Shown here piece after piece: positions 38,146-47,833 of a stretch of 64,000 bases of DNA. The position numbers and the translations under genes were made by a program. Source of the stretch: Acidobacteriota bacterium (GTDB lineage: Bacteria > Acidobacteriota > UBA6911 > RPQK01 > JAJDTT01); NCBI GenBank assembly GCA_965217775.1, contig CBDCJH010000002.1, forward strand, positions 1,856,001 through 1,920,000. Direction: 5' to 3'. The notes below the pieces were generated by a model. It had not been told where the DNA came from, made no database searches, and saw nothing but the letters and a program-made list of their open reading frames with translations. How positions within the stretch are numbered: the first letter of the stretch is position 1; the number at the start of each line of letters is the position of its first letter.

Positions 38146-39843
38146 TTGAAGAACCGGAAAAGGCAGAATCTGCGCAGCCGCGAGTGGTTCGACACCCCCG
38201 AGCTGTACGGGTGGACTCGACAGGCGGCCTTGCAGGGACTCGGGCTGGACCCCGCGGTGTACCGGGACCGTCCCCTCATCGGAATCTGCAACACCTGGAG
38301 CGAGTTGACCCATTGCAATGCCCACCTGCGCACGTTGGCCCAGCGGGTCAAGGAGGGAGTCTGGCAGGCGGGCGGAGTGCCCTTCGAATTTCCGGTCATC
38401 TCATTGGGCGAGTTCAACATGCGCCCCACCTCCATGCTCTTCCGGAACCTCTTGAGCATGGACGTGGAGGAATGCATCCGGGCCAATCCACTGGATGGCG
38501 TCGTCCTTTTGGGAGGATGCGACAAGACCACGCCGGGACTGCTCATGGGAGCCGTGAGCGCGGACCTGCCGGCGATCCTCGTGACCGGCGGACCGCAACT
38601 CACCGCCCACTGGCGGGGCCAGGAGCTGGGATCGTGCACCGATTGCAGGCGCTTCGAGGTCGAACTTCGAGCCGGGAGGATCGGTCAGGAAGACTGGCTG
38701 GATCTCCAGGGCGCCATGATCCGGAGTCCGGGCCACTGCATGACCATGGGCACGGCCTCCACGCTGGCCACGCTGACCGAAGCCCTGGGACTGGCGCTGC
38801 CCGGGAACGCCGCCTATCCGGCGGCCGACTCCCGCCGGACTCGTCTGGCGCACCGGGCCGGACGCCAGATCGTGCGCCTGGTGGAACTGGACCTGAAACC
38901 GTCCCGGCTGCTGAGCGCCGGCTCGTTCGACAACGCCATCCGGACGCTTCACGCCATCGGCGGCTCCACCAACGCCATCGTTCACCTCCTCGCCGTGGCG
39001 GGGAGGACCAACATTCCACTGTCCCTCAAGAGGTTCGACGAACTGTCCCAGACTACGCCGATGCTGTTGGATCTGAAGCCGTCGGGCCGTTTCCTGATGG
39101 AGGACTTCGCCTACGCAGGCGGCGCCCCGGCGCTCTTGCAGGAGATGGCGTCCCTGCTGGATCTGGACCAGCCCACGGTCACCGGCCGGAGCCTGGGCGA
39201 GAACCTCCAGGGAGCCCGCAACGACAATCCGGAAGTCATCCGCACCATGGACCGCCCCCTGGAGGCCTCCGGCGGCCTTGCCGTCCTTCATGGCTCGCTG
39301 GCCCCGGACGGATGCATCATCAAGCACAGCGCCACGACTCCCGAACTCCTGCGCCATCAGGGTCGGGCGGTCGTCTTCGAAGACCACCACGAACTGATGG
39401 AGGGAATCGACGACCCGGACCTGGACGTCGGTCCCGAGGATGTGCTGGTGCTTCGAGGCGCCGGGCCTCTCGGCGGGCCGGGCATGCCCGAGTGGGGCTT
39501 GCTTCCGATCCCTCGTAAGCTGCTCCGGGCGGGCGTTCAGGACATGGTCCGGATCAGCGACTCACGCATCAGCGGCACGGCTCGCGGAACGGTCGTGGTC
39601 CACGTTTGTCCGGAAAGCGAGGCGGGAGGCCCGCTGGCCGCGGTCCGGACGGGCGATCAAATCCGGCTGAACGTCCCGGCCCGGCGATTGGACCTCCTGG
39701 TGGAGCCGCGGGAGATCCAGCGCCGACTTGAACGCGTCCGACCGAGAGTTCGACCGGCCGCAAGAGGTTACCGCCGGCTCTACTTCAAGCACGTCCTGCA
39801 GGCGGACCAGGGATGCGATTTCGACTTCCTGCGGGCGGGGTAA
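38146..39843 (+). CDS. IlvD/Edd family dehydratase (sugar-acid dehydratase, AraD/XylD-like)
   Basis: IGICNTWSELTHCN, GCDKT, GHCMTMGTAS, GGSTN, SDSRISGT. Confidence 0.92.
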   Translation: MKNRKRQNLRSREWFDTPELYGWTRQAALQGLGLDPAVYRDRPLIGICNTWSELTHCNAHLRTLAQRVKEGVWQAGGVPFEFPVISLGEFNMRPTSMLFRNLLSMDVEECIRANPLDGVVLLGGCDKTTPGLLMGAVSADLPAILVTGGPQLTAHWRGQELGSCTDCRRFEVELRAGRIGQEDWLDLQGAMIRSPGHCMTMGTASTLATLTEALGLALPGNAAYPAADSRRTRLAHRAGRQIVRLVELDLKPSRLLSAGSFDNAIRTLHAIGGSTNAIVHLLAVAGRTNIPLSLKRFDELSQTTPMLLDLKPSGRFLMEDFAYAGGAPALLQEMASLLDLDQPTVTGRSLGENLQGARNDNPEVIRTMDRPLEASGGLAVLHGSLAPDGCIIKHSATTPELLRHQGRAVVFEDHHELMEGIDDPDLDVGPEDVLVLRGAGPLGGPGMPEWGLLPIPRKLLRAGVQDMVRISDSRISGTARGTVVVHVCPESEAGGPLAAVRTGDQIRLNVPARRLDLLVEPREIQRRLERVRPRVRPAARGYRRLYFKHVLQADQGCDFDFLRAG

Positions 39844-40196
39844 CACCGCCAAATTCCGTAGAACGGCCAGGAGGGGTTGGATTGGACCTAAACTTAGGGC
39901 ATAGATTAAGGGGAAGATCCATTTCGGGAGTGGTGATGGTGGGCAAACCCATCTCCCGGGGAGTTGGGAGTCAAACAGAGCAGATCATAGCTTATGCCGT
40001 GTGCCATTGGATTGTTGCGCCTGTCGGGTCCAATTGATTTCGTACCATCCAGAAGCATACATATTCCGTATAGATGTTTGGTCGAAGCAATTCCTTTCCC
40101 GTGAGGAATAGGTGCCCGTCAATGTTAAAATCCTCTTCTCTGGTGGACTTGCGACTCAAGGGACAACAAATTGACATCCATCGGACAGGATGACAA

Positions 40197-41060
40197 ATGA
40201 CAAGCAATCAAGGACAGCTTCCGCTTCGAGAGATGACCCCAACGACCTATCACGGTCTACGCAAGGCAGTTATAAACTTGACTAAGGCTTTCCGCAAGGC
40301 AACAACCCAATTGGAGAAGCTCAAGCGGACTACGAACATGAATGAAACTCTGTTAGTGCTTGATAGGACCATTGCTGCCCTACGGGCGATTGGCCTTGAA
40401 GATGCAATCCAGAGATTTGACAGCAAGCGTACCACGTTGGTCCAAAAGAGAGATCAGGCGCTGAAATCTCGGCGTGAGGACCTCGTTCGCTCTGCGAAAG
40501 ATGCCGGGTGGAGAGTAAGGCGGTTGAAGCGCTACGACTTTGTTGGTTGCTTTCAGGTGAACTACCGTCACCAGAAAGTGATACTACGCATAGGGAGTGA
40601 GACGCTCAAAACTCTCGACGAGGTGGATGGAGTGAGCTTATTCTCGCGCCTGCAGGCAGAACTACAGGCGCTGGACACATCCCCGTTTTCGCGTAGCAGC
40701 TTCTTGGGGTCGATCAAGGGGGCTATGACACTCGCCCGAACTCAGGGTGTTGACCGAAATGGCAAAGTGCCTATTCGCAAACTCTTTCCTTTAGTCGTGC
40801 TCGTCCGGCAGAGTCAGGACCAACGCTTCCTGAAGCGGCCTGCCGTCAGGTCTTTCGTCGACTACTCGAGCGCTCAGTTCGTCTATGACTTGGCAAGATT
40901 TGGACGAAACGGGTGGCGAACGGACCAAGGCGAGCGCCTTTGCAACCAACCACCAAACATGGGGTCCATAGCCAAGGGCACGACGGTGACGCTCCCGTCG
41001 CTTAAAGGGGACGGTAGTGGCCGTATACAAATTGGCGCGGTTTGGGTCAAGAAAGGATAG
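40197..41060 (+). CDS. Hypothetical helical protein, first gene of the candidate defence operon
   Basis: 287 aa; coiled-coil N-half; YSSAQFVYDLARF segment; 6 bp from the next gene. Confidence 0.7.
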   Translation: MTSNQGQLPLREMTPTTYHGLRKAVINLTKAFRKATTQLEKLKRTTNMNETLLVLDRTIAALRAIGLEDAIQRFDSKRTTLVQKRDQALKSRREDLVRSAKDAGWRVRRLKRYDFVGCFQVNYRHQKVILRIGSETLKTLDEVDGVSLFSRLQAELQALDTSPFSRSSFLGSIKGAMTLARTQGVDRNGKVPIRKLFPLVVLVRQSQDQRFLKRPAVRSFVDYSSAQFVYDLARFGRNGWRTDQGERLCNQPPNMGSIAKGTTVTLPSLKGDGSGRIQIGAVWVKKG

Positions 41061-41066
41061 TCTGCG

Positions 41067-42257
41067 TTGAAACTCGTCGAGGTGCTGGCCCATCTTGCGG
41101 AGCAAGGTACACCGCCAAATGATGGTGAAGCCGTCTTACGCGTCTCAGCAGGTTTGAACAAGTCCTTGGAAAGGATCGCGAAAGAGACACTTCCATTCAT
41201 CGCCAGCGGGGGCGGCGAACTCCAGTTTGTCTTCGGACCTTATGGACGTGGGAAGACACATTTCCTCAAGGCGCTATCGCAATGTGCGCTGCAACGAGGT
41301 TTCGTTACGGCCTACGTAGACTGTCAAGAAAATCAGAGCCCGTTCAAATCCCTTATCGAAACGTACCGAGCGATCGCTGCCACCATGACACCATCAGGGA
41401 AGCATCAATTCCTCGGCACCTCCGGAATCGCAAAGGTTATCGAAGCGCAATTTATTGGCAGGGACGCGACAGCGCAGCAGGCGCTGGTCGATCGCCTGAA
41501 GAAGAACACAGCTTTAACACCGGATTTCAGAAATCTCGTCATAGCCTACGGTAAAGAAGTATGTCGCGGCGACGAAGATCTTGCCGAACGTCTCGATGCG
41601 CTCTTGGCAGCGAAGCGAACCTACCGCGTTACCCTTGGTTACTTGTACCGAAAGTATCCGGACTTGCCCAGGCCGTTGGGAAAACTCTTTCGGCGCAATG
41701 CAGCCGTCTGGCTACGTGCGGCCCTTTCGCTGCCACAGGCACTCGGATATTCTGGATTACTTGTTCTTTTCGATGAAACCGAAACCGCTTTGCTGCGTAG
41801 CGGACCTCGTCAGAAACAGACCCATCTGGCACATATTCGTACATTTGTCGATCATATGGCGACTGGAGCGTTTCGCGGTTGCGCAGTCTATTACGCCGTT
41901 GCAGAAGAGTTTATTGAGATCGCACATGATAACCTCGCAGCGTTGAGCCAGCGCATAGATCGAGCCAAAGTACCTGAATTGGGGAATAAGCGTAACCCAC
42001 GTGCGGTCTGGGTAGATCTTGACGAGTTGACTGTGCCGGGACCAACGAATCCTTCGTTCTTCATGGAATTGGCTGAATCTATCGTCAATATTGGCCTCGA
42101 GTCTGGCCTGAATCCCTCTGCCGTACCTCCTATCATGGGTCTCCTAAAGAGACTGGCCCACAACCACGCCAGGAGCATAAACGAAGGCAATGTGCGTGAG
42201 TACGTCAAGGAAGCTGCCTCGATAGTTGCAAATAAACTATTTATGGACACGCCGTGA
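41067..42257 (+). CDS. BrxD/DUF2791-like P-loop ATPase 1
   Basis: Walker A FVFGPYGRGKTHFL; Walker B GYSGLLVLFDETE. Confidence 0.8.
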   Translation: MKLVEVLAHLAEQGTPPNDGEAVLRVSAGLNKSLERIAKETLPFIASGGGELQFVFGPYGRGKTHFLKALSQCALQRGFVTAYVDCQENQSPFKSLIETYRAIAATMTPSGKHQFLGTSGIAKVIEAQFIGRDATAQQALVDRLKKNTALTPDFRNLVIAYGKEVCRGDEDLAERLDALLAAKRTYRVTLGYLYRKYPDLPRPLGKLFRRNAAVWLRAALSLPQALGYSGLLVLFDETETALLRSGPRQKQTHLAHIRTFVDHMATGAFRGCAVYYAVAEEFIEIAHDNLAALSQRIDRAKVPELGNKRNPRAVWVDLDELTVPGPTNPSFFMELAESIVNIGLESGLNPSAVPPIMGLLKRLAHNHARSINEGNVREYVKEAASIVANKLFMDTP

Positions 42258-42267
42258 GAGACTAGAT

Positions 42268-43554
42268 ATGAACGAGAATGAAGCAACACAACTCTGGGCG
42301 ACATTGGGAGCGGAAGGCAAATCACCAACAGAGCTTTCGCGTGCGTCACAGGTTCTACCAAGCTACACCGTTGGGATTGATCCGTGGATTGATCGACTTT
42401 CAGGACGGTACCTAAAAAACCTTTGTCGAGAAGCCGCTCACTTCAAGCTTATCTTGGCACCTTATGGCGGAGGAAAGACACACTTCCTTCTAAGTCTTGG
42501 CGGACGGGCACTCTCGGAGAATTTTGCCGTCTCTTACGTCCCTTGTAGCGAGGGCGTAGGGTTGGACAATTCGCTTGCCGTCTACAAGGAAGTTGTCAAA
42601 AACCTACAACTGCCTGACCGACGACGTGGTGTGCGAGTACTCTTGGAAGAAGTCGTCCGCTCAAAACGAGAAGAAATTCGGCGCCTTGGTGTTCCAGAGG
42701 TGGAAGTTGCCTTTCGACGTTGGATGTACACAATTCGCCGAGGCGACTATCCGGAGAACGCCTTTGGACGTGTGATGAAGGCAGCTTTGGAGGCGGCAGA
42801 TTCGGGCGACGACTCGCCTATAGGCGAAGCTGCTTTACGCTGGTTACAGGGGGATCCAGACACTCTCACGAAAACCGAATTGCAGGAGCTGCGCTTGGCT
42901 AGGGTTCCTGCGGCGAGCCGAAAACAATTTGGGCGGGATCTACTACTATCTGCCGTCAAGTTCCTACCCCACGCAGGCGTGCATGGGCTTGTACTTCTAA
43001 TGGATGAAGTAGAGACCCTGTTTCAAGCACGAGGGAAAGCGTTACTCCGGATACTCGCCGCCATGCGTGTCATTCTGGACATGCCAACCGGTGTCCCCGG
43101 CGGTCTTCCATTATTTGGTGTCTTTTCAGCGACACCAGACGTGCTTGAAGAGTTTCGTCGCTACCCGGCTCTAGAGCAACGTATGGCCGTGCGCGGAGCC
43201 ACGTTCGGTGAGGGCAACGACTTGGCCACACAGCTACCCCTCGAAGAGGTTCAGAGTCAAGAAACATTCCTAGCGGAAATCGGTGAAAAGTTGATCGAAG
43301 TCGGGGCAATTGCTACCGGCCATTCATTCGACAACGAATTGCAGAAATCTAATGCTCAACTATTGGCGCATGTGGCCTCCGAGCGAAGCCTCGACGTTGA
43401 TGCTCGCCGAGTATTTATAAAGACTTGGGTTGGCCTGCTTGATTTCCAGCGGGTCGAGGGTGAGCGGGAGTTTGATTTTAACGAACTGGCAGGTCGCTAT
43501 TCAGGTTCGTTTCACTCATTCATAGAAACCGAATCCGAGAGCTATGAGCCGTGA
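42268..43554 (+). CDS. BrxD/DUF2791-like P-loop ATPase 2
   Basis: FKLILAPYGGGKTHFL; ALRWLQG; GLVLLMDEVE; YPALEQR. Confidence 0.85.
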   Translation: MNENEATQLWATLGAEGKSPTELSRASQVLPSYTVGIDPWIDRLSGRYLKNLCREAAHFKLILAPYGGGKTHFLLSLGGRALSENFAVSYVPCSEGVGLDNSLAVYKEVVKNLQLPDRRRGVRVLLEEVVRSKREEIRRLGVPEVEVAFRRWMYTIRRGDYPENAFGRVMKAALEAADSGDDSPIGEAALRWLQGDPDTLTKTELQELRLARVPAASRKQFGRDLLLSAVKFLPHAGVHGLVLLMDEVETLFQARGKALLRILAAMRVILDMPTGVPGGLPLFGVFSATPDVLEEFRRYPALEQRMAVRGATFGEGNDLATQLPLEEVQSQETFLAEIGEKLIEVGAIATGHSFDNELQKSNAQLLAHVASERSLDVDARRVFIKTWVGLLDFQRVEGEREFDFNELAGRYSGSFHSFIETESESYEP

Positions 43555-44912
43555 GATCAGGCGAGAGGATTCAGCACCCAGAACTGGGCGACGGAACAGT
43601 GAAATTCGTTATCTCGCGCGGCGGCAAGGCCGGTGCACAGGTGGACTTTGGCTACATGTCCGCGTGGATATCGCGGGAGGAACTGGGTTTTCGCGAGCAG
43701 CATGACCGATTGCCGGGCCCCATATCAAGCCCGTCAGAAACTGCGGCCACAGAAATCCACCTACCGACATTATCCAATGATGTTGTGGAGGCAAGGCGCG
43801 CAATCCTAGCGCTCAAGCTCGGTCAGGTTCTTGAGGAGAACGTCCTCGATTTGAGTATTGGAACGGACGACATCCGAACCTCATTAGAGCGGGCTGTTGG
43901 CGGTGTCGCCCGTAGGCGACCGGCCAGTATCCTGTTTAAGGGTTCCTGGGGTAGCGGTAAGACCCATCTGCTCACGATGCTGAACAAATTAGCCGCCGAC
44001 GGGGACCTTGCGACGGCGTCGGTAATACTGGATGGCGAAGGTGTCAGATTTTCGGAGCCGATGGGCTTAATGGAGACACTTCTTGGCTCCCTTAGGTATC
44101 CAGGCGAAGCCGTACCGCGGGGCATCAGCGAACCGGTGGTTTCCCTGCGGCGCAAGTTCACCTACAAATATGAGGTGGAGCGGCGTTTGGGTTGGCGGAT
44201 TGCGAATGCGATCTTTCAGGTACCGATGCGTTGTCTGGATGAACCCGACACAATAGACGTGTTAGAAGATTACTTCAGGATGACGTTGCCTGCTACGCAC
44301 GCAAACGTGAAGCTTTGGCGCCTCGGCAATCGGGGAATTGCCCTTCCTCCACTGAAGGCATGGAGGGTCGCAGAAAGGCCTAATCGATTTTGTAATCTCT
44401 TGAAGGGGTGGGCGGAGTTTTGTGCATTAACCGGAGCCAAGGGGCTGGCCGTCGCATTCGACGAAGTAGACGTAGAATACGCGAGCACAATTTCTAACGG
44501 CCATCGGCGCTGGCTACGAAGAAACTTGCTGAAGGCGTTTCGAACAATTCTAAAAAAAAACGTTCCGCTTCTGCTCGCGTTTGGGAGCGCCCCGGCCAGC
44601 GATGTCGATGACGAGAACGACGCCGTCATAGACTTGGTCCGAAGCGTTGGCAGGATGGATCTTGAGATAGAGGTGCCGCAGCCCGATCTTGAGCAAACGC
44701 GGGAACTAGGCCAACGAATAATCGGCTTGTATGCAAAAGCATACCCGGATCGGATGTCCAACGTCGACGTTCAGAAGCTGAAGCTCCTGATCGACCGATT
44801 CGCAGAACATCACCAACGAGGACTTAATCCTGCACCCCGCAACTTCGTGCGCGGGGCGCTTGAACGGCTCGACGTGGCTCCCGGTCTGGAGAGCTATATC
44901 AAAATTGGTTGA
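43551..44912 (+). CDS. BrxD/DUF2791-like P-loop ATPase 3 with N-terminal Tudor-like domain
   Basis: GERIQHPELGDGTV; AILALKLG; GSWGSGKTHLL; GLAVAFDEVD; GTGA overlap with the previous gene. Confidence 0.8.
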   Translation: MRSGERIQHPELGDGTVKFVISRGGKAGAQVDFGYMSAWISREELGFREQHDRLPGPISSPSETAATEIHLPTLSNDVVEARRAILALKLGQVLEENVLDLSIGTDDIRTSLERAVGGVARRRPASILFKGSWGSGKTHLLTMLNKLAADGDLATASVILDGEGVRFSEPMGLMETLLGSLRYPGEAVPRGISEPVVSLRRKFTYKYEVERRLGWRIANAIFQVPMRCLDEPDTIDVLEDYFRMTLPATHANVKLWRLGNRGIALPPLKAWRVAERPNRFCNLLKGWAEFCALTGAKGLAVAFDEVDVEYASTISNGHRRWLRRNLLKAFRTILKKNVPLLLAFGSAPASDVDDENDAVIDLVRSVGRMDLEIEVPQPDLEQTRELGQRIIGLYAKAYPDRMSNVDVQKLKLLIDRFAEHHQRGLNPAPRNFVRGALERLDVAPGLESYIKIG

Positions 44913-44936
44913 GCGCCATATGCGACCGATATAACC

Positions 44937-47123
44937 ATGGCTAATGATAAATATATCGTCAAATCCTTAGGTACGATTGGAAGTGCGTTTTTCGGATCTT
45001 TTCGGACGCTTCGCGAAGTTCAGAGAAGGACGATTCCACCGATCCGTTCAGGGAAAGATGTCCTTGTAGCCTCGGCGACTGCGTCTGGCAAGACCGAAGC
45101 CATAGTGGCACCACTCATTTCAAGGACGCTGGATGGGACGGCAAGAGGCCTGCCCCGGATTCGCGTGCTTTTGACCGCACCAACCCGCGCCCTCGTCAAC
45201 GACTTGGCAGCAAGGATCGAGCCGCCGCTAACGCGGCTCGGATTGAGCTGCGGGCGCCAGACCAGCGATCACCGGGACAAAGGTAAGGAACCGTTCGTAC
45301 TTATCACTACTCCAGAATCGTTCGATTCGATGTTAGTGCGCGATGCGCGGTTGGAGGCTGGGAGGGTGACTGACCATCTACTTGCCGGCGTGTCGGCAGT
45401 ATTCATCGACGAGGCGCACCTCTTCGACGGAACTGCTCGTGGTGACCAAATGTCCTGGCTCCTAGGTCGTCTTCGTCGTCTGCGCCAACTAAATGCGGAC
45501 GGCGGCTCAAGCGACGCAAAGCGTTTACAGGTGTGCGCAGCCAGTGCCACCATCAGCGATCCGGGGGGTCTCGCGTATCGGCTCTTGGGAACCGATGCAG
45601 TCGCGGTCCAAGTTCCAGGCTTGAGGCAGATCGATGTATTCGGAAACTCGGCTGCACCTGACTGGTTTCCACTTGAATCGTCGATAACGATTGAGAACTT
45701 GCGCGATCGTCTGGGAATCGTGACATTCACAAATTTCCTCGAACAGGCGGAGAGACGAATCTGGCAGGCTTTGTCCAGCGGAGACGATGATCGCATGCGA
45801 AAAGCGCTTGTGTTCGTTCCAAGCCGCAAACTATCCGATGAACTCTCCACCCATCTCAATAGCACATTACCCTTGCACCGCGATCTGAAGGTGCTGCCGC
45901 ACCACGGTAGCTTGGCACAGGGTGTCCGGGAAAACTCTGAGCGGACGTTCTCCTCGACGCGCGACGCTGTGCTAGTAGCGACAACTACCTTGGAAGTAGG
46001 TGTCGACATTGGGGATGTGGACTTGGTCGTTCTTGTCGGTTCGCCACCCGGTACGCGCTCATTGTTGCAGCGGATTGGTCGGGCGGGCCGCAGAATCGGC
46101 CGCACTCGAGTCTTGGCTCTTCCTCGGACCGGGATCGAGCTCGCAGCCATCGCAAGCATGCTGATTTCCGCGCGGGACGGGATTCTGGAGCCCGAGGGAT
46201 ACGCTCGCAGGTGGTCCGTGTTCGTCCAACAAGCAGCCAGCTTCGTCGCTCAAGGTAGACCTCGCGGTCGGAGACGATCCGATTTGCTCGATTTAGCGCA
46301 GGATGTCTGGCCAGAGAAAGGGAGGGGAACGCCAGACGAGATCGTGGACCGACTACTCGACGCCGAGTATCTCGTCGAGGGTCGAGGCCGACTTGCGATA
46401 GGTGAGCATTGGGCAGATTTCTTCGACGTTGGTGGTCCGGGTATGCACGCAAATTTCGGATCGTCCAGTGGAGGCATTCCGGTGGTGGACGCCAACACTG
46501 GCGAGGTCGTCGCACACGTTGCTCAGAGGCCTTCCGAAGATAGAGAGATTGCTCTAGGAGGGCAACGATGGGACTTGCAAGCCATCGATGGCGAACTCCT
46601 ACTAAAACCCAAGGGAGCTGGACCTGTTCGCGATAGTTTTCAATACGCGGCGCGGCGTGGTCCGACTGATCTCGAATACGCTGTGCATGTAAGGCGTGGC
46701 TTAGGACTTGGAGAGGACGATGCACCGCTCATAAATTCGCCTCGTGGCTGGATCTGGCTTCATTTTGGTGGCAGCGCATATCAGACATTATTGTGCCATC
46801 TCTTGCCGGGCCTTAGTCCGACCGCTGGGTTGGCTGGAGTGGCGGTTAAGGGAATTCCTAGTGATGGTGAACTAAACCAACTAGCTACTGACCGTGACGA
46901 ATTGCGTGTTGCGGTAGAGGAACATTTTGAGGAACTTGAACGACTACTCGCGGTGGGTCCATATCAGCGTTACCTCACCAAGCATTGTCGTCAACGAGTT
47001 GTGACGGGGCTGTTTGACCTGCCGTCATTCCAAGACTGGCTGAAGACTCGCCGTGTGCGAGAAATAGCACCCGACGATCCGTGCTCGAAATACATATGTA
47101 CAGCACTCGTGGAAAGACGGTAG
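44937..47123 (+). CDS. Lhr-like DEAH-box helicase
   Basis: Q motif LREVQ, TASGKT, PTRAL, TPES, DEAH, SAT, HHGSL, TLEVGVDIG, QRIGRAGR. Confidence 0.9.
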   Translation: MANDKYIVKSLGTIGSAFFGSFRTLREVQRRTIPPIRSGKDVLVASATASGKTEAIVAPLISRTLDGTARGLPRIRVLLTAPTRALVNDLAARIEPPLTRLGLSCGRQTSDHRDKGKEPFVLITTPESFDSMLVRDARLEAGRVTDHLLAGVSAVFIDEAHLFDGTARGDQMSWLLGRLRRLRQLNADGGSSDAKRLQVCAASATISDPGGLAYRLLGTDAVAVQVPGLRQIDVFGNSAAPDWFPLESSITIENLRDRLGIVTFTNFLEQAERRIWQALSSGDDDRMRKALVFVPSRKLSDELSTHLNSTLPLHRDLKVLPHHGSLAQGVRENSERTFSSTRDAVLVATTTLEVGVDIGDVDLVVLVGSPPGTRSLLQRIGRAGRRIGRTRVLALPRTGIELAAIASMLISARDGILEPEGYARRWSVFVQQAASFVAQGRPRGRRRSDLLDLAQDVWPEKGRGTPDEIVDRLLDAEYLVEGRGRLAIGEHWADFFDVGGPGMHANFGSSSGGIPVVDANTGEVVAHVAQRPSEDREIALGGQRWDLQAIDGELLLKPKGAGPVRDSFQYAARRGPTDLEYAVHVRRGLGLGEDDAPLINSPRGWIWLHFGGSAYQTLLCHLLPGLSPTAGLAGVAVKGIPSDGELNQLATDRDELRVAVEEHFEELERLLAVGPYQRYLTKHCRQRVVTGLFDLPSFQDWLKTRRVREIAPDDPCSKYICTALVERR

Positions 47124-47426
47124 CTTAATGGGCACCGTGACGGAACACGAGAGGACAACCTCATCGGGTCAGTCAGGTCAGGGTCCGAGCCACAAACCCA
47201 AGTTGATAGTCATCTACTCTGAGGTGCCAACGCCGCGGCGCGGTTCCACGAAGCTTCGAGGAATTGATCGAGTAAGATAGCGGCCGGTCCGGTCATTGCC
47301 CAACCTAGCTTATGTACCGCAAAGTGGAAAGAACCGCTCCGCAGCCACTCAGACAACCATGGATCGGCTGGGGCCTTACTCCTCGGCTCGTTTTTGAACC
47401 GCATTGATAGAATCGCGATCACCACG

Positions 47427-47684
47427 TCAGGCGCCGAGATCCTGGAACAGTTCCTCGGCGCTGTTGAATCGTTTGCCCCTGCCTTGGTCCAATTCCTCCA
47501 TTGCCTTGGCGGTAGCAGCATTCGGCACCCGGACAGCGAACGGCAGCCGCTTCTCATCTGCAACCCGCAGCAGCAACAAACGAATGGCGTCTGACACCGA
47601 CAAGCCCATTTCATGAAGAGCTTTTGCCGCTCGTGCTTTGGTGTCGCTATCGATCCGTGCGCGTACGACAGTATCGTGACTCAT
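47427..47684 (-). CDS. dinJ: DinJ/RelB antitoxin (no intact toxin partner seen)
   Basis: VVRARID..K.RA..AL..MGLSVSDAIRLLL.RVA.EKRLPF...VPNA.T..AM; palindrome TGTAGCTACA upstream (47713-47722). Confidence 0.85.
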   Translation of the reverse strand: MSHDTVVRARIDSDTKARAAKALHEMGLSVSDAIRLLLLRVADEKRLPFAVRVPNAATAKAMEELDQGRGKRFNSAEELFQDLGA

Positions 47685-47833
47685 CCACATGCCTCCGAGT
47701 TTATAGCTCTATTGTAGCTACATTAGTCCCTCATCGCTACGCTTGGAGGATCCCGGTCAATGGCAGATATGTTCCGTCTACAACTAAGAAAACACTTCGC
47801 TCACTTCAAGGTGGGGGAGCAGGAGCGGCGGCT

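Noticed and set aside
40197-47123. Canonical BREX or Shango call
   Set aside because: No pglX/pglZ/brxC and no recognisable TerB-domain gene; there are three ATPases rather than one.
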